From: Raja brachyura
Taxonomy: Eukaryota
NCBI GenBank assembly: GCA_963514005.1
Contig: OY740814.1
Location: 15,314,001 to 15,378,000, forward strand
Length of the DNA stretch: 64,000 nt
Direction of reading: 5' to 3'
Part shown: piece by piece, positions 38,501 through 49,939 of the stretch
Numbering within the stretch: the stretch's first letter is position 1
How the letters are laid out: each line of letters opens with the position of its first letter
The notes under the pieces: model-generated
Told to the model about the DNA's origin: nothing
What the model saw: the letters and a program-made list of their open reading frames with translations, nothing else
Database searches by the model: none
Made by a program: the position numbers and the translations under genes

Positions 38501-41500
38501 GGTGCGTATATTGATTGAGCTGCCAAAAGGTTTTATTGAATCGGGTATGCTGGCCATGTTTAAAAAACATTTAGTCAGGCACATGGATGGAAAGGTTTAG
38601 AGGCTTATAGGCCAAATGCAGGCAAATGGGACCATCTCAGCTGTAAAACCTGATTGGCGTGGACATGTTTGGCAAAGGGCTTGTTTCTGCACTGTATCAC
38701 TATACTTGCGTAACTTCCTTTTAAGTGCTTCTGAACTGATGGCAGTCTTGTAGTGGTGAACTCCATATTCTCATAATCCCTTATGTATAGAACTTTCTCC
38801 TGAATTACTTAATTAGATGTATTAATGATTTTCTTAAATTTACGGTTACTAGTCTCTGGCTTCTCCACAATGGAAATATCTTCTCCATGGCTACTCTGTC
38901 AAACTTTTATTTAAACTTAAAGATCTCCATAAAGTTATCCTTTAACCTTCTGTTTTTGAAGGGTGGGTCTGGAATCCCAAGAGAGGATTTTGAGAGAATA
39001 CAAACATCCAACAGGCCCATGTATTTGGAATAATAAATTCAATGAATTGGTCTCACTCCTTGTCTCAAACATTTTCACTTGTCCTCTAAAGCATGCAATT
39101 GAGTTGATGCCTCCTAACCCAGTGCATTGTCCTCTCATTCTTCAAGTGAAAAGATTCAACTTAGCAAAAATCCTCTCGTGTTCACTTCTGGGTTATTTGA
39201 TGTTTTAGATACTTTTAGTAGGTTTGCCTTTCGAAATAACTTATTTTAAATATATATATTTAGCTGACCTCGTGTTTTGCATACAAGGATTGAGGGTACA
39301 AAAGATGTTTAAACTGAACCAGGTCACCAAAATTCAGTGCAAGATCCCAGCATGAATTTCTAAATTTATAATGAAGAATCCCCATCTAAACCTGTCATCC
39401 TGCAATGAAATCTTCTGTCACTGGCGATGTTGTAATTAGTGTGTTAAGTTTCCGGGGACAATTCCCATTGTAACTATTGACAAAGCAATTTATACTACAA
39501 TGGGAAATGTTAACCTATGCACAAATATAAGAATTTTATTTTTTCAAGTTATTGAAACTTATGGTATTTAAACAATTCTTTTACAGCAAAAACTGCGAAT
39601 CGACGCCAGACAAAGTGAACCATGCTGTGTTAGCTGTGGGCTATGGAGTATCCAATGGGACCAAATACTGGATTGTGAAGAACTCGTGGGGACCCCAGTG
39701 GGGAATCGATGGGTCTGTAAATTTCTTCAACGTCTTAAGCAATAGTTTTTTGTCAAATAACTGCATACTTGAATCAATGAGATTATGATTAACTGGCAGT
39801 AACATATACCAAGAACACTGTTTAATAGCTGAGCAATGAATACGGGAAGGTTACTGGCCTGCAATTTGATTCGCTTTGTGTTGCATTTTCAATGCCTGGT
39901 CCCATATGTTGATCAGTCTGTACGAAGGTTCAAAGACAATTTTGTCAAAGTCTCTAAACCCCTCAAAATATCATTCAATAAGAGCATGAGTGGTCTTCTC
40001 CTGCCTAATCCCCAATTTAAAAGTATATATATTTAGTCTTCAAAAATGTAAGTTCGTACCAGTGCTGATTTTTGCACTGTATTTTAGCGGTGATCTGCAG
40101 TGATAAAATAAACTAAATCTAGGACAAGAGGCCATTAGGTTCGTGCAAGCCTTGCTCAGACATGGGGAGCATGAGATGGGGGCTTGAAGTCTGAGCACTG
40201 GAGTCAATAATCTAATTCAACACTGACTGCAAAGGGGAATGTGGAAAGATGAGGTTGAAAGACATGCCTTCAAAGGACACGGATTCATTCAAGGAATGTG
40301 CCCTAGCACAGTTAAACTGAAGTCGAGGTGCATAAGTCCAGATGGACAGAGAGAGGAAAAGCAGATGGCTGTAAGACAAAGATCAAAATTGTGCCTATCC
40401 ATGAAAGGCAAGATTCTTCCCAACAGAAAGGTTCAGCACCGGAGATCTTATAGAAACTTATAGAATTCTTAAGGGGTTGCACAAGCTAAATGCAGGAAGA
40501 TTGTTCCCGATGTTGGGTAAGTCCAGAACAAGGGATCACAGTTTAAGGATAAGGGGGAAGTCTTTTAGGACTGATGAGAAAAAGAAATTCACACAGAGAG
40601 TGGTGAATCTGTTGAATTCTCTGCCACAGAAAGTAGTTGAGGCCAGTTCATTGGCTATATTTAAGAGGGAGTTAGATTGTGGCCCTTGTGGGGGTATGGA
40701 GAGAAGGCAGGTACAGGGTACTGAGTTGGATGATTAGCCATGATCATATTGAATGGCGATGCAGGCTCGAAGGGCCGAATGGCCTGCTCCTGCACCTATT
40801 TTCTAAGTTTCTATTCAGCACATCATGGTTTGTTGGTTCTTTGAAAGGCCTCCATTAATGTTGCTCTTCACCACAGTGCCATGATTCCCTTTTCAACTAT
40901 TCAATTCCCTTAGATCTGTCTACTACTACTAGGTGTATCCCACCTGCTTCCACCCCCACTTGCACGCACACACAACTCTTGTATGTCAGTTGTTAAATCT
41001 GTGTTCTCTAGTTAGCCATCCTTCTGTCTGCTAACACCCTTTATAACTACTCTGAAGTGTCCAGGATCCATGTGTTTTTGAAATAAATATTTTAAATGTA
41101 TATTGGTTTCCACATCACTTGTCAATCATCATTATGAAGAGAGTATTGTGGAAACTGTAACAACTTAATTTAGATTGTATCCAGTGACCACTGTATTCTG
41201 CAGATTTAGCCATGTCCACTGTTGCAAAAGTGCCAGGCCTTGACTATATGAAAGTGGTCAAAAATCACAGACAGAAGATTCCTCCAACATATCTGCATCT
41301 GTCTCTTGATACCTAGTTCAGACAATAAATATTTTCCCTGTCCCTTCATTGAGAAGATTCCCAACTCTGTATTCTCCCTACTAGAGCAGACTTTCAGAGA
41401 CCAGGAGTGCGTGATGACTAAAGATTGGATTCGAGCTACAGGCCTGTGAGATTTTGAAACGGGAGCTGTACCTTGATTGAAAGATACAGCATGGAAACGG

Positions 41501-42313
41501 GCCATTCAGACCATGGAAACATATCAAGTCCACACCGACCTGTTCACACTAATTCTACATTACCATACCTTCCTTCCACTCCCTACATACTAGGGGCAAT
41601 TTTACAGAGACCAATTAACCTGCAAACTTGTTTGGGACATGGGAGGAGCATCTGTGGGGAAACCCACACGGTCAGAACGTGCAAACTCCAAACAGACATC
41701 ACTTGAAATCGGGGTCGAATTTGCGTCTCTGATATTCTGAGGCAACAGTTTACCAGCAATGTCATTGTGTTGCCCAAACTTCTCAAACTGCAGGTAAATG
41801 TGAAAGACAAGCAGCCTGACAATGAAGCGTCAGAGTTCTTTCATAGCAAACACTCCTGAGACATTGATTTGCAAGAGTTTTATTTTGGAGAATAATAAAA
41901 ATGTAGGGGAGTGTAACTGACCTTGATAGATTGGTTTAGTGGATGCAAAGATTTTAATGCAATAACAAAAAGCTGTTTAGCCACAAAGGCATGGATACTA
42001 AAATGTACTTGCTCAAAAGACAATGTCTGCATCCTGCAGTTTATGGAAGTTTGGTATGCGCAACACTGGCAGATGTATATATGAACATATGAAATGGGAA
42101 CATAAGTTGACGACTTGGCCCTTCTGCCATTTAAGAAAAGCGTGATATGATTGTTAATTCCATTACAACTGTAACCACATTTCAAATTAACTTAATTTGT
42201 TATCTGACACTTAAATCTGTGTTTTATTTAGCTATTTCTACATTGAAAGAGGAAAGAACATGTGTGGATTGGCTGCATGTGCATCCTACCCCATCCCCCA
42301 GCCCCTGAAATGA
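20458..42313 (+). CDS. CTSH: Pro-cathepsin H, complete, 331 aa; join(20458..20530,23840..23871,26768..26873,27772..27842,29966..30070,31562..31648,31740..31795,32173..32254,35710..35778,37501..37607,39587..39712,42232..42313)
   Basis: Twelve GT-AG exons sum to 996 nt in frame. Signal peptide, ERFNIN motif ([20 protein letters not shown]), GLNQYSD, mini-chain APQNCSAT, catalytic [30 protein letters not shown] and C-terminal [14 protein letters not shown]. Confidence 0.97.
21483..21643. mobile_element. Palindromic Penelope-terminus mini-element (ribozyme core largely deleted)
   Basis: Inverted arms AAAATGCTGGAGAAACTCAGCGGGTGAGGCAGCAT / ATGCTGCCTCACCCGCTGAGTTACTCCAGCATTTT. Confidence 0.8.
22521..22817 (+). 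mobile_element. HE1-like V-SINE
   Basis: Same head, core and tail as 1116-1417. Confidence 0.8.
23334..23604 (+). mobile_element. HE1-like V-SINE
   Basis: Same family as 1116-1417. Confidence 0.8.
23840..23871 (+). CDS. CTSH: CTSH exon 2 (32 nt, [11 protein letters not shown])
   Basis: ttacag| acceptor, |gtaatt donor; FKxWM propeptide motif. Confidence 0.88.
25238..25330 (-). mobile_element. Penelope-terminus mini-element inserted into a SINE
   Basis: 15-bp TSD TCCAAAGATGTGCAG (25223-25237, 25331-25345); minus strand CTGAAGAAGGGTCTCGACCCAAAACATC. Confidence 0.88.
26768..26873 (+). CDS. CTSH: CTSH exon 3 (ERFNIN region)
   Basis: gcag| acceptor, |gtgagt donor; ORF 26699..26977. Confidence 0.92.
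27490..27655. mobile_element. Palindromic Penelope-derived mini-element with hammerhead core
   Basis: 17-bp TSD CCATCAATATAAATGTT (27473-27489, 27656-27672); GGGTCTGAAGAGGGGTCTCGACCCGAAACGCCACTT at 27575-27610. Confidence 0.9.
27772..27842 (+). CDS. CTSH: CTSH exon 4 ([11 protein letters not shown]...APQ)
   Basis: tacag| acceptor, |gtaaca donor. Confidence 0.93.
29966..30070 (+). CDS. CTSH: CTSH exon 5 (NCSAT...[15 protein letters not shown])
   Basis: tgtag| acceptor, |gtaaag donor. Confidence 0.95.
31106..31424. mobile_element. PIF/Harbinger-like palindromic MITE
   Basis: Termini AGGGCCTGTCCCACTTTCCC / GGGAAAGTGGGACAGGCCCT; about 125-bp inverted arms; flanks TTA / TTC. Confidence 0.85.
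31562..31648 (+). CDS. CTSH: CTSH exon 6 (catalytic Cys, [10 protein letters not shown]...)
   Basis: tacag| acceptor, |gtaagt donor. Confidence 0.96.
31740..31795 (+). CDS. CTSH: CTSH exon 7 ([19 protein letters not shown])
   Basis: tgtag| acceptor, |gtgagt donor. Confidence 0.95.
32173..32254 (+). CDS. CTSH: CTSH exon 8 ([13 protein letters not shown]...YPYEGK)
   Basis: accag| acceptor, |gtgaga donor. Confidence 0.95.
32765..33275 (+). mobile_element. Young 5'-truncated CR1-like LINE
   Basis: ORF 32775..33122 ([27 protein letters not shown]...[14 protein letters not shown]) plus GGCTCGAAGGGCCGAA tail. Confidence 0.92.
35710..35778 (+). CDS. CTSH: CTSH exon 9 ([23 protein letters not shown])
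   Basis: accag| acceptor, |gtaggt donor. Confidence 0.93.
36110..36770 (+). mobile_element. CR1-like LINE 3' fragment
   Basis: ORF 36223..36690 [12 protein letters not shown]...[10 protein letters not shown]. Confidence 0.9.
37501..37607 (+). CDS. CTSH: CTSH exon 10 ([10 protein letters not shown]...GVYS)
   Basis: tacag| acceptor, |gtaagt donor. Confidence 0.95.
38355..38705 (+). mobile_element. Degenerate CR1 3' end
   Basis: AGAACTAGAGGGCATAGG...GGCCAAATGCAGGCAAATGGG tail. Confidence 0.7.
39587..39712 (+). CDS. CTSH: CTSH exon 11 (catalytic His and Asn)
   Basis: tacag| acceptor, |gtctgt donor; [23 protein letters not shown]. Confidence 0.93.
40440..40812 (+). mobile_element. CR1-like LINE 3' fragment, same subfamily as 57108-57627
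   Basis: ORF 40477..40737 [21 protein letters not shown]. Confidence 0.88.
41481..41775 (-). mobile_element. HE1-like V-SINE
   Basis: Reverse complement of the 1116-1417 family. Confidence 0.75.
42232..42313 (+). CDS. CTSH: CTSH exon 12 ([26 protein letters not shown])
   Basis: tttag| acceptor; TGA at 42311-42313. Confidence 0.95.
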
Positions 42314-42714
42314 GGAATGATCCAGCTGCAACATGGAATGTCAAAAATTGAGTGCTGATTACTGCTTTAGCAAAATGCATTTATATTTCCAAATCAATTT
42401 AGTACTATTTACACTTTTGTAAAAAAGTCTGAGTTTTCACACAATTTCAGATTTAAGGACTCTTATGAGTGCAAAATAATCGATTGCGTCCAGATTTTAA
42501 ATTCTTCATGCACTAAAATCAGTCAAACTGAATCAAATGCACATTTTACAAAATGAATCTCAACTGACAAATGAATATTGATTTTTTTATTTCTTAAATC
42601 TAAATCCTGACTGACTTGTTGAATGAAAGATTAATAGCAGCAAAGAAGGGACAATGCGAGTTGGAAGTCAACAAAACAGAGTCATCTGATCCGGATTCCG
42701 TTCAGGATTTAGTA

Positions 42715-42720
42715 AATAAA
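42715..42720 (+). other. Candidate CTSH polyadenylation signal (alternative at 43015-43020)
   Basis: AATAAA about 400 nt after the stop in an AU-rich 3'UTR. Confidence 0.4.
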
Positions 42721-43621
42721 TCCTAAGATTAAAAAAAGTGTTGTAAATTTGAAGCACAACTAAGAGCTGTTTGAAATCGACAACAAAATCTCAACACCCT
42801 GAGAGGTGCAAAAGCACTTTAAAGTTTCAGAATGTAGACCTGTTAACAGAACTGGAAAAGAGGGGTGACATAACCCGCTTCATGAAACTTTCAAGGAGAG
42901 AATTCAAAAGGCATGGGATGAGAACACACACACAAATCAATATAACAAATAATATAACCATTTTATATAATTCCTGTAGTTCCTTTCTCTTACACCAGCA
43001 GTAACCAAACCCCAAATAAAAATTACTCTGCTCGCACGCTTTCAACAACCAATTAAAGAAAATCTTAAAAAGGAAGGAACCTTTATAAAACTAAATAGTT
43101 AGATTTTAAATCAAAAAGCAAAATATTTCTGGTTAAAAAATCTGAAATAAAAATGGAAAATGCTGGAAATTCACAGTGGAAATGTACAGGATTAATGTTT
43201 TGGGTTGGTTATGTTAGAACCATCAGAATCTTGTTACCCTTGTCGACCATACTTTAAATCCTCCATTATCCAATGGGTGTGAGATTCAAGTTTCATGATG
43301 GACTTCATGTCGTCTCCCCAAGCTAATTTGGCATGAAAGAGCGGTAGGAATCTGAGTGTGGCACAAACAAAAAGCCTGTGAACGGTACCATTAGGTAGTA
43401 CATGAATGGCACTTCAATCAATTGATAACTAGTTTGTTGCAGTTGTCATGCATTTTCTGTTTTAATTTTCAAATGCAAAATGTGAACCACATTTACACTG
43501 CAAATACTCTTGCTGTGTGTGGCAAGGAAAGTATACATTTACATTTGCTGTAATTTGATCATAACGCCAGTTTGCTATTCTGTTTCAATTGCGGCTTCCA
43601 ATCAGTCATGCAGGATACCTT

Positions 43622-43805
43622 GGGTAGAAAGGAACTGCAGATGCTGGTTTACACCGAAGATGACACAAAATGCTGGAGTATCGCAGCCTCTCTGGAGAGA
43701 AGGAATGGGTGACTTCTGAAGAAGGGTCTCAACCTGAAAAGTCATTCATTCCATCACTCCAGAAATGCTGCCTGTCCCGCTGAGTTACTCCAGCATTTTG
43801 GGTCT
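43622..43805. mobile_element. Palindromic Penelope-derived mini-element with degenerate hammerhead core
   Basis: 14-bp TSD ATGCAGGATACCTT (43608-43621, 43806-43819); CTGAAGAAGGGTCTCAACCTGAAAAGTC at 43716. Confidence 0.88.
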
Positions 43806-44509
43806 ATGCAGGATACCTTAATGTTTGCTGTTAGTTATATTCATTAGTTGAAAGATTACAGGTTAGAATCTTGAATCAAAATTGCTTTTATTGAAATGCT
43901 TAAGAACAGTGACCAGAGGAATCAATTCTACCAATTGAGGCTTTTGATTTAAGCTTGATCTATATTAGTTCCAACCTGCTTCAATAACACTTAATATCCT
44001 TCAATAATACATCGATTTAATATTTATATTTTCAATTGACTCCCATGCTCTACATCTTTTAAAAAGGGTGTGATCCAGATTTCTAAGACCTGCTTAACGC
44101 TTTCAATTATCCTCAGTCAAGCAGAGTTTTAATTGTTAAGTATTTGTATGCAAATCATATTTCTTTCACGGAAATAAAGATTGTATCTTTTTGAGAACGT
44201 GCTGGGTTTTTTTCATGCATGAAATGACATTGTCATTATGTTAAATTGTATATTTCCAACAATTGTTATTTAATGTTTATATTTCTATTGTTCAGTCAAC
44301 AAATGGAAAGCATTTTCAATCTCAATTCTGCAAGTTTCATGCAGAGTTCTCCCTAATTTGTACCAACAGTGTATTGCAATTCCAACCCCAAAACATTGTG
44401 ACTTTCCAGTTTTCTATACAACTATTTGTGTTCTCTGCAAATATGTTGATGATGCTGCTGTAAAGAATGATGAAAATCCTGATGTACAAGTTTGAACTGT
44501 TTTAAACCA

Positions 44510-45845
44510 TCAAGAGCGTTTAATTGTCAAATGTATTTGCAACAGAACAATGAAATTCTTACTTGCTGCAGCTTAACAGGCCCATAAATGCAATAGCACA
44601 AAATATATAATAATTAAAATAAATGACTAATACTAGGCAATCATTAGTGCAAAAGACCAAAGTCCACAATTCAACCAAAGACAGTCCATAGAAAATCATA
44701 GTTGCTGAGGTTAGTGTTGTGTAGTGTTCAAGATCCTGATAGTTACGTGGAAAAAGCTGTTTTTAAACCAGGTGTTCATGGACCCGTCTCTTGATAATAG
44801 GAGCAAAATTAGAGCGTGTCAGGGTGGTGTGGTCTTTGATGATATTGGCTACATTTTTGAGGCAGCTCCTCTAGATCCATTCGATGGTGGAGAGGTCAAT
44901 ACCTGTGATGGACTAGGACTGTTCATCATTCTCTGTAGTCTCCTTTGTTCCTGGGGTTTCCAGGGCAAACCAGACTGTGATGCAACGAGTAGGTTTGCTC
45001 TCGACCGTACACCAGTAGAAGTTTGATAAAGTATTTTTCGACAAATGTAATCTCTTCAATCTTCTAAGGAAGTAGAGGCATGTTGCGCTTTCTCTATCAT
45101 TGCATCATTGTTCTACACCCAGGACACAACTTTGGACATAAGTAGGCCCAAGAATTTAGTTTAAAGATACAGCATTGAAACAGGCCATTCAGCCCACCGA
45201 ATCCACGCTGACCATCTCTTCACACTAGTTCTATGTTATTCCATTTTCTAATCCACTCAAACACTGGGAGCAATTAACAGAGGCCTACAAACCCATACGT
45301 CTTTGGGATGTGGAAGGAAACAAGCACCTAGAGGAAATTCATTTGGTCACAGGGAGAACGTGCAAACTCCATACAGAGGTCAAGATCGAACCTGGGTTTC
45401 TGGCACTGTAAGGCAGCAGCTCAACAGCTGTGCCACTTGAAGCCATTGATTCTGTCCACCACCATCCCATTGATAAAGGTAGATTCCTGGATCCCCAGGT
45501 TGCTGCTCCTGAAGGCAACAATCAGCACCTTGGTCTTGCTAATATTGCAAGCAAGATTCTTGTTATGGAGTCCCATCTTATTCAATAAGATTATCAATCT
45601 CCCTTCCGTACTCTGTCTCATTGTTACCCGTTATTTGTGCAACAACGGTGATATCATCAGTGAATTTAAAGATGGTGTTGGAGCTGTGTCTAGCTACGGA
45701 ATTATGGGTATAATAAAGAGCAGGGAACTGAGCACAAAGCCTTGAGCTGATTCTGTGTTGATGATTATCGAGGAGGAAGTGTTGTTGCCAATTTGTACCA
45801 ATTGTGGTCTGTTGATGAGGAAATTGAACATCCAATTACACAGTA
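44510..45845 (-). mobile_element. Rex1/Babar-like LINE fragment interrupted by an HE1-like SINE (about 45156-45436, minus)
   Basis: Minus ORF 45578..45835 IFKFTDDITVVAQITGNNETEYGREIDNL (RT FADD region of Rex1 type); LCNWMFNFLINRPQLVQIG. Confidence 0.7.
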
Positions 45846-46439
45846 ATAATTCTAATGTAATTGATTTACAATGAATTTTCTCAATGCAACTAATAACCAT
45901 CTGCACTTCAACATAGCTAAGAACACACAAATAGCTTTTACAATTACATTTCTAATTTTGCCTCAGAAGATTTAAAATAAGCTTTTTTGAGGATGAATTT
46001 CAGGAAACTGCATTTTGCACAAATTACAATTCTATTGAAAGCAAAAATACAACACCATTAGTTAATAGCTTTATTCTGATTTTTTTTTTCACTATCAACC
46101 ATGACTTGTATAAAATTATCTAAGTCTCACTCCTGAACACTTGGAATAAAAACCCTGACTGACAGTACAGAGAGAATGCTGAACTGTCAGAGATGCCCTC
46201 TTTCAGCTGAGATGTTAAGCTGCCCTCATGGTGAACGTGAGACATCTCACAGCATTACTTCACTGAAGACGTCCCATGGATGTGGGCCAAACACCCAACA
46301 TCCGTCAGGAACATTATCTGGGAAGCGATGTTTGTGGGAGCTTGCTATGTACAAATTGGCAAAAAAAAGCTTGCTTCTTGACAGCATTTGGAAAACATGT
46401 CATGAACTGCAAAACTACAATCGTTCCTTTAACAAACTC

Positions 46440-49270
46440 TCGTGGGAAGTATAGACCAGTAAGCCTAACATCTGTGGTAGGCAAGTTACTGGGGAGTATT
46501 CTGAGGGTTAAGATATTTATGCATTTGTATAGTCAGGGGCTGATTAGGGATTGTCAGCCATGGTTTTTTATATGTGAGATCATGTCTCACAAATCTCTCA
46601 GAGCTCTTTGAAGATGTAATCAAAAAGGTTGATAAGGGCAGAGCTATTGACCTTGGCTATATGTATTTCTGCAAAACTTTTGATAAGGTTCTACACGGTA
46701 GGCTGCTCTCGAAGTTTAGATCCAAAGCAATCCAGGGAGAATTGGTTGACTAGATAGAAAATTGCCTTCATGGAAGGAAGCAGAGTGTGATGGTGGAAGG
46801 TTATTTTTTATATTGGAGGCTTGTGACTAGTGGTGTGCCTCAGGGATTGGTGCCAGGTCCATTGCTGTTTGTAGTTTTGTTTCAACAATTCAATGAGAAT
46901 GTATAAGATATGATTAGTAAGTTTACAGATGACACTAAAGGGGTGGTTTGTAGATGGTAAAGATTTTTATCAAAAATTACAGCAGGACTTTGATCCGTTG
47001 GACAAGTGGGCAGGGAAACGATTAATGGAGTTTAACGCGGATTAGTGTGATGTGTTGCATTTTGGGAAGTCAACCCTTCACAGTGAATGGCAATGGTCTG
47101 AGAAGTGTTGTAGAGCAGAGGTATTTAGGTGTGCAGGTACATAGTTAGTTGAAAGTGTCATCACATGTAAAGAGGATGGTCAAGAAGACCTTCAGTACAT
47201 TGTGTTCATTTTTGATCACCCTACTATAGGGATGATGTTAAGTGGGAATATTTATAAGGATGTTGCCAGGACGTGAAGGCTTGAGCTATTGGGAGAGACT
47301 GGGCAGGGTAAGACTTTATTCCTTGGTGTGCAGGAAGATAAGGAGTGATCTTACAGAGGTGCATAAGATCATGAAGGCCATAGGGTAAATCACAGTCTTT
47401 TAGATGTATACTTTGTATGCTTGTGTATTGTAGGCAAAACAACGAATTGCACTGTACCAAGTACATGTGACAATAAAGTACACCTCCATCCCCCACCAGG
47501 AGGGTCTTAAAGCCCTCCGTTTCTTCCTCGACCGCAGAACCAACCAATCCCCAACTGATACTCTCCTCCACCTAGCAGAGCTGGTCCTTACCCTTAATAA
47601 CTTTTTGTTTTGACTCCTCCTATTTCCTCCAAATACAAGGCACGTGCATGGGCCCCAGCTATGCCTGCCTCTCTGCAGGGTACGTCGAACAATCCTTGTT
47701 CGAGGCGTACCAGGGCCCTATCCCCAAACTCTACCTCCACTACTTCGATGACTGCATTGGTGCTACCTCCTGCACCCATACACAACTCACTGACTTAATC
47801 CTTTTCACCACTAACTTCCATCCGGCACTCAAATACACCTGGATCATTTCCAACATTTCCCTACCATTTCTAGACCTCACTATCTCCATCGCAGGTGACA
47901 GACTACTGACCGACATCCACTATAAACCCACTTACTCCCATGGCTTTCTGGACTACACTTCTTCCCACCCTGCCTCCTCTAAGAACTCCGTCCCATACTC
48001 CCAATTCCTCCATCTATGCCGCATCTGCACCCAGGATGTGTTCCAAACCAGGGCATCGGAGATGTCCTCATTCTTCAGGGAACGGAGATTCCTCTCTTCT
48101 ACTATAGATGAGGCTCTCACCAGGGTTTCTTCTATACCCCGTAACTCTGCTCTCGCTCCCCATCCCCCCACTCGTAACAAGGGCAGAGTCCTTGTCCTCA
48201 CCTTTCACCCGACCAGCCATCACATAAAACAAATAATTCCCAACATTTTCGCCACCTTCAACGGGATCCCACCACTGGCCACATCTTCCCATCTCCTCCC
48301 CTGTCTGCTTTCCTTAGAGACCACTCCCTCCGTAACTCCCTGGTCAATTTGTCCCTTCCCACACAAACCACCCCTTCTCCTGGCACTTTCCCTTGCAACC
48401 GCAGGAAATGCTACGCTTGTCGCTTTACCTCCCCCCTTGACTCCATTCAAGGACCCAAGCAGTCTTTCCAGGTGTGGCAGAGGTTCACCTGCACCTCCTC
48501 CCACCTCATCTATTGCATCTGCCGCTCTAGGTGTCAGCTGTTCTACATCGGTGAGACCAAGCGTAGGCTTGGCGATCGCTTCACCCAACACCCCCGCTCG
48601 GTTCGCAATAACCAACCTGATCTCCTGGTGGCTCAGCACTTCAACTCCCCCTCCCATTCCGAATCCGACTTTTCTGTCCAGGGCCTCCTCCATGGCCAGA
48701 GTGAGGCCCACCGTAAATTGGAGCAGGACATCATATTTCACGGGGAGTTTACACCCCAGCGGTATGTTCATTGACTTCTCTAATGTCAGGTAGTCCCTTT
48801 TCTCCTCCCCTTCTCAGCTTTCCTCAGCCCACTGTCACCGCCTCTTCCTTTCTTCTTCCAGCCCCTCCCACCCTCACATCAGTCTGAAGAAGGGTCTCGA
48901 CCCGAACTTTGCCTATTTCCTTCGCTCAATAGATGCTGCCTCACCCGCTAAGTTTCTCCAGTACTTTTGTCTCCATTCAATTGTAGAAAGTTGGGAAATC
49001 AAGACCCAGACAACATAGGTTTAATGTGAGACGGGAAAGATTTAATAGAAACCTGAAGGGGGACATTTTCCGCACAGATGGTCGGTATATGCAGCAAGCT
49101 GCCAGAGGAGGTAGATGAAGCAGGTACAATAACAACAGTTGAAGGATATTTGGAAAGGTAGAAGATGGGTGGGGAAAGTTTGAAGGGACATGGGACTAGT
49201 GGAGATGGGGCATCTTGCTCGGCTTGTCAGGTTGGGCCAAAGGGCGGGTTTCCGTTCTGTTTAGACTATG
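46440..49270 (+). mobile_element. Degenerate CR1-like LINE, split by a nested insertion (about 47400-48985)
   Basis: YRPVSLTSVVGKLL, GTGCCTCAGGG, GATGACACTAAA; the 3' part resumes after 48985. Confidence 0.85.
47481..48975 (+). mobile_element. 5'-truncated Penelope-like retroelement (RT plus GIY-YIG endonuclease, frameshifted) with hammerhead-like terminal repeat
   Basis: TSIPHQEGL, MGPSYACL...YLHYFDDCIG, LPFLDL, HYKPT (PLE RT); CNRRKCYAC, LIYCIC...FYIGETKRRLGDRF..H...VAQHF (GIY-YIG); CTGAAGAAGGGTCTCGACCCGAAC at 48884. Confidence 0.92.
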
Positions 49271-49273
49271 ATT

Positions 49274-49930
49274 TAGGTATGTTACAATACGTACTTTCAG
49301 TGGCGCTGCGGTTCTGCCACTGGCCGTGTGCGCGACTTTGGCGCCTGTGTGGTGGGAGGGGTGGGGGGAGCGGGATTCTCTTTCTGCCGTTTCTCTGCCG
49401 TTTCTCTGCCGTTTTCTCCTGCCTGTCCGAGATATATTTTCTCAAATTGCTACCTGATGCTGAAAAATCTTACCGACTTGCGTTCTCGGAAGTTTAAAAA
49501 AAAATCGCGGGACAATTTAATCCCTGGAGTAAAATAAAAAAGCGATTTCTAACGCCGACAACGCGATGGATCTCACGTAGGGGACAAAACATATGGTAAG
49601 TCGTTTAATTTACACATAAACTTGCTTCTTAGGATTACTTTAATCCAAATTTCATTGACGAAAATGTGATTATGACCCCATATGAGCCAGCAGTGTTTTT
49701 CCTGCCGATATGGGGGTTCAAATTCACTGCAAACCGCAACGTTCTAATCGATCGCGTTCCACAAAAACCCACTGGAAAGATGTTTTAAATGGCCATTAAT
49801 TTACAGGAATTAAACATTAAATTCCTTCCATTTGGCCTATAAAATCATGACAATGAGATTTAAAAATCATGTTATATTGTGAATTCTTGTGTGAATATTA
49901 TTTGGACACTTAGGCTATTTAAAAATGTTA
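49274..49930 (+). mobile_element. 3'-truncated copy of the TAG-ended DNA transposon seen at 58773-59806
   Basis: Same 5' end TAGGTATGTT(A/G)CAA; shared CGTGTGCGCGACTTTGGCGCCT and AAATGGCCATTAATTTACAGGAAT blocks. Confidence 0.85.
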
Positions 49931-49939
49931 TTGGTGGTC

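Noticed and set aside
47648-48793. 381-aa ORF as a host gene or active retroelement
   Set aside because: A 5'-truncated PLE whose frame shifts away from the GIY-YIG domain; not an intact element.
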